In this document: positions 11,107 to 23,961 of the stretch, in pieces
Position numbering within the stretch: position 1 is the stretch's first letter
How the letters are laid out: the number at the start of each line of letters is the position of its first letter
Source of the DNA: Klebsormidium nitens
Lineage: Eukaryota; Plantae; Klebsormidiophyceae
DNA: 59,639 bases
Assembly (NCBI GenBank): GCA_000708835.1
Contig: DF237488.1
Location: forward strand, 1 to 59,639
Direction: 5' to 3'
Position numbers and translations under genes: made by a program
The notes under the pieces: model-generated
What the model was told of the DNA's origin: nothing
Databases searched by the model: none
The model's input: the letters and a program-made list of their open reading frames with translations, nothing else

Positions 11107-14100
11107 ATGTCGTACAGATTTGGCAGATCAGCAGGTCTCCTTGCTATCTGCATAATGGGTCTTATATGTCTTGGTCTCCTAGGGGATAGTCAGGCAGACT
11201 ATGTAGAGACAGCACCTCGACCTGGTGCCCCTTCTCCCCCTCTCATTCCCCCAGGCAGCTGCCCCCTCACTTTTCTGCAATCTGACATGCAGCATGCAAA
11301 GCAAGGGTGTTCCTCTGGTGAGTGAGTTCTGCCTTTTGATTGTTCTCTAGCCACTGAGACCTTGCAGGAGCTTTTCGCTTCGTCGTTTGGAAGTGGCCAC
11401 AGCATGAGCATTCCCCTCTTTCTGCTGAGCAAATGTGCAATGTATGATAGGCTTCAAAGGGATCTAGCTCCATACTTGGCCCGTTTTTTCTGAATCATAA
11501 CATTACCTTCCCCTAACTTGTTAAAAAGGCAAGGATGCTTCTGTTCGCAGGAACTTGAAGCCGTATCAACTCCCTGATCAAAACAGACATTTCTTTAAGT
11601 TTTTGAAGTCGTCTGAAATGCCAGATTCCAAACCTCTTTATCAATCCTTCGCGTGCATGGATGGAGTTCTGCTGAAACGAACGATAGTCGCATGCTAGCA
11701 CTGTAGCAGCATTAACTTGCTCTGCCTGGGGAACCTTTTCTCAACTTTGTCCTTGTGAGCAGCTCACATTCGGCTTTCCACGTGGCTCCTGCAGCATCCA
11801 TCAATTTGTATGGAGATTCTCCCACCAGCTGCTGCGGCCACCTCCAGGCACTCCTGTTTCAGAGCCGCGTGCGATACGCAAATGAGACTGGACGCCTGCT
11901 CCTGCCTCAGGCGTCGGCAGATGCATGCATTCAGGTACTTGCTGACGATCCTCGTCTCGCCAGGGGTAGAACTTTTTACGCATCAGGGTTGGTATGCAAA
12001 TTTGACCAAATGCATTTCATCAGCGAACATGTTACATGGTAGATGATTGATCCAGTGTTCTTATTGAACTCAATGTGGGGGGATCTTTTCTGATGTACAA
12101 GGTTCGTTTTTGCATACCGCTGCAGACCAATACTCGTTGCAAAGGCCCCAAAGCCTGACAGCCTGGTGTCTACCAAGCAGATATGCATCCAGGAATTTGG
12201 ATATACAGATGGTTCCCTCTCTCAAGCACCTAAATGCCAGCTTACCTTAGCCTCTTCCTTGCAGTTACAGCTATCCTATTTTCTCATGCATGTTTTAGCG
12301 GATAATGCTGGTAGTCCAATCTTGCAGAATAAAGCATCACTTTCCATTGCACAAGATGTCAACAGGCTGACCAACTTTGCAATTCTCATCAGGTTCTAGA
12401 TTCTGCGATGGCGGCAATTGGCGTACCATATGTCCGAAATTGCAGCATTACGAGCCAGGCGCTGTCGGAGGACACTGGAAAAGCCTGCGGAGACGACCTG
12501 ACAACTGTGTATGACTTCTGGTCTGCTGCAAACCACACCTTCCCAGGTGCGCTATTGGTTTTCTCGCGCTGTTGGACTCTCCCAATTAATCATGCATCCC
12601 AGCTGTCTGCTTTGGGGAAGCCTGGTCGCAACCTGCCTTTGCAGTCAGGATTAGTGAAGCAAGCAGTCTGCTGTAAACCGAATGGGCAACAACGAGGGAA
12701 TCTTGAAGCAATAGTCTCCATAATGGTTGTGGCGATGATTACCTTGCTGTCTTTTTCCATGCAAGACTTCACTTGAGCTGGACCATTTCACCTGCGCGTT
12801 TACCTTTTTTACAAACATTTGAAGGAGGGGCCAAGATGCATGATGTTGCCGAACATATTCAAGGCCGCTGAATTCTCTCTTCTCTAATACCAGGTACGGT
12901 TGGCATAACCTGTTACGGCACAACCACCGACTGCAGCGTCTGCACCTCCTCAATCACAAGCAAGATTATGTCACTCGGTAGCAGCACGACGGCGCTTCTC
13001 AGCACTTCCTCTTGCCAAGGTGAGGAGTGACCCCACAGCAGGACTCCCCATGCATGTGTCCCTCTGTTTCTCCCAGCGGCTGTGGTAAGGTGCCCCATTG
13101 CGTGCATGGCTGGGTCCTGTTTGAGCTCCATCTTTCATTTGTCTGGTGAAAGACAAACTCGTTGTTTCGCACCTCTGCCATGTATACCTCTCCCGACTCC
13201 CGTGATTTCCTGGATAGCAGATGAAACTTCCATGTTTGTCCACCTGACACACCCTCTTCTTGACCTGCCAACTCTCAAAATTGGTCTCAGATCTGATGGT
13301 TCTCCACAGTGATCCTGACAACCCCTCTACAGATTCATTAACCTGCAGAAAGGATATGACAAGGGCCAACGAGTCTCACTAACGACTCCCGTTGATATCT
13401 GGTGGTCCTTGTGTCCACGACTTCTTTGAATTTTCACCATCCGTTTACCCTTTCGACAGTCCTGTTCACCCTATAACTCATGTAATCTTCCCTAAACTGC
13501 AGCCCTCGCCCAAGTCGCAATGACTGCTGCCGCGTACCCCCTCTCCATCGCCAACAGGATGTCCCAGTGCCTGCACGGCGTGGACATCTCTCCAATCGTC
13601 TTGGCCAAAACATGCACCGCCTTTGATTGGAAGTCTGCGAACTTCACTTCGGTGGCCCTCAGCTGCGGACAAAACGTGCGCGCCGATCGCTGCTGCAATC
13701 TGGTGCTCGGGATGTACGGCCAGCAGCAGGCGTTGTACATGAACCGGACGGGGCGCTCGGAGAACCAGGTGTGTGCTGATGATCCTTTTCTTGTAAGGGA
13801 AGCTCCTGTTTCTGCAGGGTCGTATTTATTGCGCGTATCAGAGCAAATGGCAGTAGTCTGCAAATTCCCGTCCAGCTTCCAAGGACCATCCTCGGCAATT
13901 CTTTGTGGACTGACGACTTCTTTGCGTCAATATAGATCAGTGATCTAGTGAAGGGGGTTTTGCCAGGTTTAGCCAGGAGTCCTTGTTCATGTTTCTTCTA
14001 CCAGCACAAGTTTGGGGCTTCGGCCTGGCGGTGTCAGGTCAGCTGACAAGTGTAGACAGTTTCCGAAAGCAGTCATCTGTTGCACGCCAGTTTTCGGATC

Positions 14101-17100
14101 TATTCTGCAATCTGACATTTTTGACATGGTTTTCTTTCTTACTATCCTCCACTCGATTGCGATTCCATGTCAGAGGAGCACGTTCTGGACAAAGGGTCCC
14201 ACAGTGTCCATTTCAACAATCTGAGTCTGGACCAAAGTTTGTCCACCACTACAGAAAAGAGACACGGAGTTACGCAGTACTTCAGTTTGCGAGTACTAAC
14301 GTACTGATTCTACGCAACTTTCCTGAACCAAGAAGTCAAGGAGATTCACCATCATAGTCATCTAGTAGAGTCGCTCATCTATGAGGCCTTGCTTCGATGT
14401 CTGGGTCCCTGCCTGCCCTGCAAAACCGAGTGACATATTTCTGTTGTGTTAATCAAACCGCAGTTCCAGCTCACGGCGTTGCATTAACAGTCGCCGAAAT
14501 TGGCATATTCAAGCAGAATCAACAACGAATTTGCCCTGATATTGTTATCGAAACGCAAGATCATGTACGTTTACCTTTCGTAAAAAGAAGTGGAGAGTAG
14601 CCCGTTTCACTGCAAGGAACAAATATGCAAAAGCACAGCCGAAGCGAAACCTGTACATTCTGTCTCACACAGACGGCTTGTTTGCTGCAGGATGAAGTGG
14701 AGGCATGCGCGGCCGAGTTCCAGGCGGCTCTCACAGCCCACGGCATTCCGTCTACGGTCGTAAACACATGCCGCATCAGCGCGACCAACCTGCTCTTCAG
14801 TGTCGGCTGTTACAACTACACCACGATTCTCCAGCGCATTCCAGTAGGCTACTACCGGCAACTAGAGACGGCGTGCAACCCGTCGACGAGCGACTGCAGC
14901 CAGTGCAAGCCGACGTTTTTCTCCATCGGCGCGGAGCTGGCCAACACGACGAGCGTCGACATTCTGAACTCGTGCATGCTCATGTTCGGAAACCAGTTCT
15001 TTGGTTGGTTCCCAACCATGGAGGAGATAACCGCCCGGCTGAATTGTTACTACCAGTTCCCCCCGGGGCTGCAGCTGGGACTTCCCACCCCCCGGAAAGA
15101 CAGCGGCCCGAACGTCGCCCTCATTGCCGGCCTCACCGGGGGAATCGTGGGAGCGCTCGTGCTGCTCGGGGCGCTGATCGGGTGCTACGCGTGGAGGCGC
15201 TTCCCGCCGAGCAAGGCCCGCTGGAACGCGCAGCTGAAAACGCTCAGCCGCATCTCGTCGCTCCGGATGCGCGCGCACCAGAAACGTTTGGTGATCTACA
15301 GCCGGTGGCAGCTCCGGCGGGCGACCAGGAACTTCGACGCGAGCCGGTTGCTGGGCAGCGGGGGCTCGGGTAAAGTGTTCGTGGGGGAGCTAGGTGGGGA
15401 GACGGTGGCCATCAAGGAGGCCGTGTTTACCAGCAGCAAGGACGGGGCCAAGGTGAGGCAGCAATCTGGAGTACCGTTCCTAGGCCCTTGTCAGGGACTT
15501 CTGGCTGCAAGTTCATAGTCAACTGGACTGCTAATGGATGGTACTTGGTTGAGAAGTAGCAGTGAGACATCTTTGCTTGTACTGAAAAACGCTGACAGTC
15601 GCCAATTGTCTTCGGGAGTGTGCACTACTTGAGTACGCTCTCTGTGAAAACGAACGAAACAGAGTGATGGAGAAGCAAAGCGACCTTGGAAGAACTTTCT
15701 TAGCATTTGATTGCGACAGTTGCACGGTAATAAAAGGCTGGGTTTGGGTGTTGCAGGAAGCATGGAACGAGATTGCGACGTTGGCCCGCTGCCGGCATCG
15801 TAACTTGGTCATCCTGAAAGGTTGCTGCATGAGCGGGTCCCATTGCAGGTGAGTTCGCTCGCTCCATCTGAAAACACTGGGCTTGCAAAAAGTTGTTTTA
15901 GAGCCTCCGAGTCTCTCAAGTTGCACGTGCATCGAGCTCTAGTCATTGGCTTCCGCTGCACACTTCCGCCTCTTACTTTGCTCGTGGCGCTGTCGTGCTG
16001 TTTGCTTCAAGTGGTCATAGGTTCTGCCAAGCGTGCCGTCATTGTCGCACTGACGCCCCAGAAATTTTCATCGTCGGCCAGCAAAAGGCTTGAGGAGGGG
16101 CGCCCTTAAGACTCAGTCAAGGGCGATACACTTTTTAATGGTTGAGTAGAGGATCACTTCCGGTGTTTGGGGGGCACCGTAGACAAAGTTCTGTGCGGCC
16201 CCCTGCGACTGCTGCTCTAGTGGTCTCGCCTTCGATACTTCACCAGTATTATCAGCTGCTTGCAGCAGCTCAGCCGCACATTGAAATGCCATTCTCTGAT
16301 GCTTTCTTTTTCGTCACATTGAGGAAATACTAGACGGGGTTTTTGTCTTCCATCCGCTCGATGCGGGTTTGAGCCAAGCCGCTTCCGACAAAGCGGGGCC
16401 CGGAAATCAGACCAAATATCGGGTTCCGTCTGTTGACAAGTAAATTTGCGGACAATACAGAGAACTCGATCTCACCATTCGCCTTTCGAAACGTGTCCCG
16501 GAGCTTGAAAGTTTGATCCGCGTGCAGTCTCGTCTACGAGTACATGGAGCAAGGCAGCCTGGAGGATCACCTGTACGAACCGGCACACGTCTCTGGCAGA
16601 CCGACGCGGCGAGGACTGCAAGTCCACTTCTTGGACTGGCCCACACGCCTCAAGATCGCGACGGGGACTGCCAACGGGCTCGCTTATCTGCACGATGTAC
16701 GTTGCCTCTCATTCTCTCCTTTTTGCGATTTGAACCTTTGTTCCATTGTTTGCGCTGTAATCTTACAAAGACGGCGTGAGAACAATTAGAGCAATGATCT
16801 TTTCAGAGTCCTTAATGCGGCGATGCACATCCGTTCACAATGGCACCGTGTGTGCATTATCAGACTCATTCAGCTTTGTTTCTAGGCGTTTCTGCTTTTG
16901 CAAACGTGAGGGAGCCCCCTCGCACCCGAGCCGCCACGAAGCGGGGAGAACGTGTGTTTGAGAATACGCAAACTCTTTCTCTTTTGTACGGACGAAGACA
17001 TGTCCCACTTCTGAAAACGATTTCCTCATAAAGGAGACTTGTTCCGTCGTTCTCAGGAGTGCGAGCCAAAGTGCATACACCGCGACGTGAAGCCCAGCAA

Positions 17101-19319
17101 CATTCTGCTGACTACCAACTTCGATGCGAAGCTGTCCGACTTCGGGCTGGCCAAATTGACGAATCACGACGATACGCACGTGACGACTGGTAAGTGCTTT
17201 GCTTCTTTTGTCCGCTTTTACTGTACGAGAGATTCGCAGTCCCGCCTTGACTCAACGCGCAATTCTCACTTCACACTACCGGCACGTTGTCTGGTTTGCA
17301 CGACTGTCAACGAGGGCTATCAGCACTTGCGACCTCCTTTGACCTTCTTTGACCAGATTGCAATTTGGACAGGTGCTTTATTTGAGTGCCAACCCGTCTG
17401 AAGTCTTCGCACATCTTTCCGTTCCGATCCTCTCCGGTCTTCCGTCATTTTGGTGCCGGCCTTCTCCTGGTTTGTTGTAGGCTCTAGGGTTAACCAGGAG
17501 GATTTTCAGATTCTCCGAACAAGTTTTCATTGTTTATGCGGATCGTTGCCCCGCCTCTCGGTTTAGGTTTCTACTCTTTCCATGGATTCCCAATTGCAGA
17601 CGGTAGGGACAAAAATCACAATCTTTTCAGCATTGATACCCGCCACTCTACTTCTGTATCCGGCTATGACACCCACTTTGCCGGGTCGTGCGTTCCAATC
17701 GGATATGTGGTTCTCACGAGCACTACTAACTTTCTGCGGCTTCTTTGTTGCTTAACAAGCCAGAACTGACTCCCAACACACGAACTTGAGTGAGTCCAAA
17801 CCTCCTCTTCACTTTGCAGGGATCGCCGGCACTTGGGGTTACCTAAGTCCGGAGTACATGGCCACCGGGCAGCTGACCGAGAAGAGCGACATGTACAGCT
17901 TCGGGGTGGTGTTGTTGACGCTGGTGGCCGGAAGACGACCCACCAAGCCGGATGCTTTTGGGGGGGAGGTAAGCAGCCCTTTCCAAACTCCTCGTGTCTG
18001 TCCAACTTTTTCTGCTCTTTTTCCTTCCTTACTTTTTCAGCACAATCCGCATCCCGGTATTTTCATGGGTTCAATAAGATAGCGACACCTGCGCGCAGGG
18101 GGAGTCTGGAGCTTTTACGGCCATGTCCTTGACGTCATATAACTCGTGGACGCTCCAGGCGTCAGCTGGAGTCAAACTTGCGCTCTGGACGCTTCTGTAG
18201 GTCTGTCGGATTGACGAATGCACATGTCTAAAAAGTGCTCTCCGCAAGGTCGTAATAAGAATCGGGTCAGCATTGAGCTACACGCGTCAAAGGTGTGGCC
18301 AGCGTGGATTGGTTTCTAAAGCACGTTTTCTGGGCGACGCTGCACTCTCTCCATTCGCGTTTGACTCAACGTTCCGACTGCGAAGTCGTTTTGAAAGTCT
18401 GGTTCAAACGGAGTGCTTCGAGAAGCCACCTCAGTAACGGATTGTTTCATTCTTTTTCGTTCAGATCTATCTGCCGGAATGGGCCTGGGTCCTGGCGGAA
18501 CGGAACGAGCTGGGGCTGCTGGTGGACCCGCGACTTGATGGGGAACGGATCGAGCACATTGAGAGCATTGACCGGATGACCAGGGTAAGAGAGTTTGGCT
18601 TCTCCTGTATTCGGCATCCTTGCTTCTTTTCGCTCTCCAATTTTCCAAGAGGATTCCCATCGAACGCTGAAACCATTGAAAATAGTTGAAATTGTTCATT
18701 TTTGCATCTCGACAGATGTCGCTGCGCTGAAGCTTCTAGACCTTGCAAGGATGAAGGATGAACATACTTTTAGGTCTCGTGCTCTGAATACCACTCTCGA
18801 CGTTCTAGATGCAGATCCGAGTCGCAACAATAACTAGCACTTTATGGCAAACGCTCTCTTGCGCACCCCATGCAGCTCCTGCGTAAGATTCTGCATTGCT
18901 GCTGAGCTGGAGAAGCAGAACGCGTCAAACCTTCAACCGAGTTGCCGAGGGTCCTTCCTCTCCATGGCCGAACTGCAGTTGCAGCTTCCTCCTCAACCTC
19001 AAACACTGGACTTGTCTCACTTGCTGACCGGATAGAAATGAAACCCGCCTCTCTCTGTGGTGGTCAGGTCGCGCTGCTGTGCGTCCACGCCAACGTCAGC
19101 ATCCGGCCAACAGCCCGGCAGTGCGCAGACATGCTTGCAAACATGATGGAGGTGCCGCCTCTTCCGCGACGGCCCATGACTCTCTACACGATTGCATCGA
19201 TAGCTTCGTCGGAGTCGGGCAGTGCGTCGATGATCCGCGCACCACACCAACTGGCAGCGGACTTCGACAGTTCGTTGGGAACGAGCGACTCAGGGGGGGC
19301 CAGCTTTGTGCGGCAATAG
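11107..19319 (+). CDS. Receptor-like Ser/Thr kinase (RLK/Pelle; RKF3/URK-1-like architecture): signal peptide, two tandem SPARK-like Cys-rich domains, TM, kinase; ~857 aa. Exons 11107-11317, 11795-11934, 12393-12546, 12894-13019, 13503-13768, 14691-15452, 15757-15848, 16528-16696, 17057-17189, 17820-17968, 18465-18584, 19068-19319
   Basis: Exons sum to 2574 nt in one frame with canonical junctions. Hydrophobic N-terminus; [28 protein letters not shown]; kinase motifs [52 protein letters not shown]. Confidence 0.85.
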
Positions 19320-20344
19320 TTTTGTTGCGGTTAGCCAGGTTACGTGTTGCGGAAAAGTTGGTCGGTGCTGGGTGAGCGGAAGTCCGTGTAGATTATGACT
19401 CGCGAGCCAGGCGCTTTGTGTAACTTATGCTTGGACTATGTGGACGCTACGAAGAGGTCATTGATGAGGAGTAGTTCAGCGGATGCTCTTATGCTGACCA
19501 GAGATTAGGAATTTCGGGGGATTTTAGCAATTGTGTGTCCGTGCATGAGCGGATATTGAAGCGAGCCTCGAAGGTGTTGTGGACTGAGGCGTCGAGTCGA
19601 GGCCTCTAGCTGCTGGTTTACTTAGAACTTGTTGGCTACAGAACAGTCTGGAATCTGTGTTTTCAGGCATTTGGTTTGCTTAATGCTGCACAAATGAGCT
19701 AGTAACCGGCTCGTTTTGTTTTTTGTCTTGATACAGTGTATCAAGGATCGAGAGTCTCAAGGGTTCGTCTTGCATGCTTCATCTGCTCCAACTAGACACT
19801 TTTCAAGAGTTCCGACTGCATCCAGTTTGCACGAACCATGGCCCATGCCCGCTGATCCATGCATGCTGACCCCCTTCTTTGCGCGCCATCAAAATTGACT
19901 GCAGTAGCCGCAACTACGGTAACCAGAGCCACGTGTGTGCTTCATGGACGATACAGTTTCTGTGCACGCAAGGAAGGGGAGCGGTTGACGTTCGGATTTA
20001 GATTGGTTTGCCCGGGCGTCTTGCGAAAATTGAGAGTAATAATTCATTGATTGGTTCGTCTTGAGAACTTAGGGCTGGGGTTGACATAACCGGATTGGCC
20101 GCTGAGTAACACTTCGATGAACGATTTGTTTTCGTAAAAAGGTGACACACACGATGAGGGCGCAAAACAGACAACCGCATGGGCGACGAGGAAAGACAAT
20201 TGTCCGCTGATGAGACTGTGCTCCCTCCAACTCCCAGTGCCGAGACGGACGTGTAACTGCCAATACCCTAGAATGGACCTTTAAAAGGCCCCAAATCTTT
20301 CCGAACCCATGTCGTCTAACACGGACTTTCCCCGCTTTTGCCAG

Positions 20345-22182
20345 GAGTGCACTCCAAGGGTTATACACAGGGACGTGAAGGCGAGTAACATCCTGTTGAC
20401 GCGTAATTTCGACGCGAAGCTGGCTGACTTCGGGCTGGCGAGAGTGACGGGCCTGGATGACACCCACGTGACCACTGGTAAGGAGAAGGCGTCTTGTTAT
20501 TCAAAAAGACGTGGTACTCTGTGGATAGCGGGAAGAGAACGAGATGTCTGAATCGTCATTGGCTGTCTCGATTTTCACGCCGTGATAATCAAACAACTTC
20601 TTTCGGCCTTTCAGCTCTTCTTCCACAGGCATGGGGCCTTTTTAGCGGCACATTTCCGTGGTTAAAAGAACCCGATTACGTCAACCCTAACGCGACCCCG
20701 ATCACCAGGTCCCTTTCCAAGCCTGGTGCCGTCCCTTCGGTCAAATGAATCTGACCACCGTTTTCTGAAATGCAGGGATCGCCGGCACGTGGGGCTATCT
20801 GAGCCCGGAGTACATGGCCACCGGGCAGCTGACGGAGAAGAATGACGTGCACAGCTTCGGAGTTGTGCTGCTGACGTTAGTGGCCGGGAGACGGCCCACC
20901 GTTCCAGACGCCCCGGTTGAAGAGGTGCGGACACGCGCGTCTAGTTCCTCTTTTCTTTTCATTTCTAGATTTTAGAGCCCTCTCTTGGAGAAAGGCGGCC
21001 CGCGACGCGTGCCAGTTGCATGACATTCGCGTGGAAGCATAAACTTTCGCATAGCGGCTGAGCGTGAGCAAAGAGCTTCAATCCGCGGGGCTTGAGTTTC
21101 TGCCTGCAGAGGTTAGTCGAAGATGCACGAGAAAAGTTCTCGCTCTTCAGAAAGGATACCGACTCTCGCGTTATAGGGACTCAAAGCCGGCGCTTTAATA
21201 CGGGGCAACAGAAAGCTAGCTTATCTGAGAGACGGCCGTACTCAGGAAGTGCTCTTGAATGAAACCCTGACCTTCCGTTCCGCTCAGGTCTACCTGCCGG
21301 AATGGGCCTGGGCCCTGGCGGAACGAAACGAGCTGGAGCTGCTGATTAATCCGCGGCTCGAGAGGGAGAGGACGGAGCACGGCGAGAGCATGGAGAGCAT
21401 GACCCGGGTAAGGGATCCGTTTCAAAATTGAAGCGCGAAGTCGAAACGCTCTTTGGCAGCTGAATCCTGTCACGCTTTGAGCCGTTCCGCAAGACCAGCC
21501 GTCCAGTAAAGCAGGAGGCGTCCGAAGTGATCGACGAACAGTTGTCAAGTTCGCTACTACTCACTCGACGTATGCGGTATGCCGAACCCTCGATGCTCCC
21601 GCATAACCAGCATGCACAGACGTGTTCGAAAACATCCGTGAGACGACATCGTTCTCCTAATACGAAGCCTGAATCTGACAGAGGAGCCGTTCCCTGCCTT
21701 TCCGTACAGTCGGAAAGCTTGTTCCCAGATTTTGGGGAAACGTAATCTGTCATGAATCTCGTACAGATTCTTGCATGGCGAAGCTTTCGTGGAAAAGGGT
21801 GAATCACGTAGTGGAAAAGTGAACCTCAATACGCGTTATGTCTGCTACGTTTCGATCAACCAATTCCCCCGGAAGTGCTTGACAACACTAACTTGCCCTC
21901 TTATGCGTCCACACCGCGGCTGCCGTCCGCCCGAGCATGCGCCAGTGCGCCGAGATGCTCTCGAACTCTCTAGAGGTTCCCCGCCTTCCGCTCCGGCCCA
22001 TGACCCTCTATACGATCGCGTCCATGGCGTCTTCCGACTCTAGCACTGCGTCGATGATCCGTACGCCTCAACAGTTGAACAGCGAGGCAGAGTTCTCAGA
22101 ATGGAGCGACTCTGCCGAAGAAAGTTTCAAGCTTACTGTTGTAACAAAAGATTCAGAAGGTTCCTTGTATGCAACCATCTGA
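20345..22182 (+). pseudogene. Tandem second copy of RLK exons 9-12 (kinase subdomains VIb-XI plus tail): 20345-20477, 20776-20924, 21288-21407, 21892-22182. Either an alternative 3' module or a decaying duplicate
   Basis: Same exon boundaries and phases as copy A, with open frames ([18 protein letters not shown]; [10 protein letters not shown]; VYLPEWAW; LALLCVH..RPSMRQC). No upstream kinase N-lobe exons found between 19319 and 20345. The last exon is preceded by ctaa instead of AG. Confidence 0.7.
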
Positions 22183-23961
22183 CAGGCCGGAAGCTGTTCA
22201 GGCAAGCCTTTCAGAAGATAGGCGTTTACTTGGTCTAAAGACGTGTTGGACTACGTAGTGTTGTGCGCAGATGACAGGGTTCCGGCAGAAAAATGTTAGT
22301 ATAGCAACGTACTAGCATGCGCCCTCAGTGGGACGGTCCTGAAGCAATCTATCAATAGCTCTTTCCGACAGTCGTGATGGCTTTACTCGGAGCCTCGAAG
22401 TCCGACTCAAGTCGAGTCTTGATGCAGACGTCGAACGGGCATTGACTATCCATATTTATCAACGTCGACGTCAGAAAACGATCACTAAGATCCGCGTTTT
22501 GCCTCTGTAGCGTCCCACACTGGTAAAGGCTAGTGCCCGACTAAGTGTATAGGAACAGTCTACTTATTCAATCAAGTCTCTGAGCTCGAAGCAGGAAGCG
22601 AGTCAAGTCTAAGTCAGGTGCAGTGTTAAGTAGGGAATGGTTATTGACGGTTCCATTGCATAATTGCACGAACGGGTGAGACGAGGCATCCATGACCGTG
22701 TCGCTTTCCCAGTGTTTCCAGATTGCGCAAGGCCCGAGGGATTATCATATCTGAACTGTCGAGTCCCTATACTTCTGTACTTATGCTTTGCATGCTTAAA
22801 AGTTGATTGTCCAGAGAGTCGAAATGGGAGCACCCTCCTTGGCTTGAGGTTGCATGCTCATGGTGCCAGCATTGTGTAATGGTCAGCCTGAGATACCATT
22901 AGGCAACATGTACTGGTCATTTCGGAGTCAAACACTTGAGCTGCCCCTTTAGACTTCGGGTAGACTTCGAGGCTGTGTAACTGAACCAGAATGACTAAGC
23001 ATGCACCGGCTGCCTACTAAGCTGTATCCTGGTGTATAAGAGATGTTCGAGCCTTCGATCGAGGCTCTCTAAATCAGAATTCAAACTGCCGCCAACTCGC
23101 TATTATGTTGGACGTCCGCGCCGTTGTGATTCTCGCCAATGGGAGTTTGCCAACCTGACGGTCGCCGGAACATCTCATGTAGATTGTGAAAGCTCAATAC
23201 GGTATAGATCATAAATAGAATGATAGTAGAACGGCCACGTCATGGCACATGAGCTACAGTGCTACTAGGACCTAGGACCGGACAAGCTCAGGACTATGCC
23301 AGCATTCCGAGTGGGCGGCTGCTGGATTCAATTGCAGTAGTGCAGAAGTGCAGGCGCGCGCGCGCCGGATACAGGGTCCGCTGCCGACTTGAAATGGTCG
23401 CTGACTCGCCTACATGGCCTGGTGACTGGTCGCCTTGACGGGCTGCCGTTCGCGCAAGCGTCGCTTCAGTCGGTGGTCTTACAGAGTCGAGTCTCGACCC
23501 TTCAATCTTCGTCCGAAACAGCGGGAGCTGCAGACATCAGAACCGTCAGAATTTTCAGCCGCCGGGAGGAAACCCGAAAATTACCGGGCGGAAAGCGGAG
23601 CTGAGGACAGTCCAGATGACTCTTAGCAGAAAAGCAGAGCTGCATCCGTTACAGGCGCCTTCAGCAGCTAGTGCAACGATACCAGGGCGACGAAAAGGGT
23701 GCAATCATATTCGTGCTGATCATCAATTGCCGAGTTTTCAAGCAGCAGCCGCCGTTGTTTATTTGCAAGTAGCCAGCTTTTGAGCTCCTTATTGCCCATC
23801 AGGATCTTCTTCGACCTAGTAGTTAGGCAACAGATTTACTGGGGATGAAGCTAGCATGTAACCTTGCGTGAAACAGTGTTGTCCGCCGCTGCCTATCTAT
23901 CTTGTTTTTGCTTTCAAAATCTAGTCTGGCTCAGCATCTGGCACGATTGAGTTGGAGCACC

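Noticed and set aside
14705-15373. 222-aa ORF in a second frame
   Set aside because: Shadow frame of GC-rich RLK exon 6.
17630-17740. Intronic peptide [14 protein letters not shown] resembling an activation segment
   Set aside because: Not in a phase compatible with flanking exons and no DNA-level similarity evident; likely chance.
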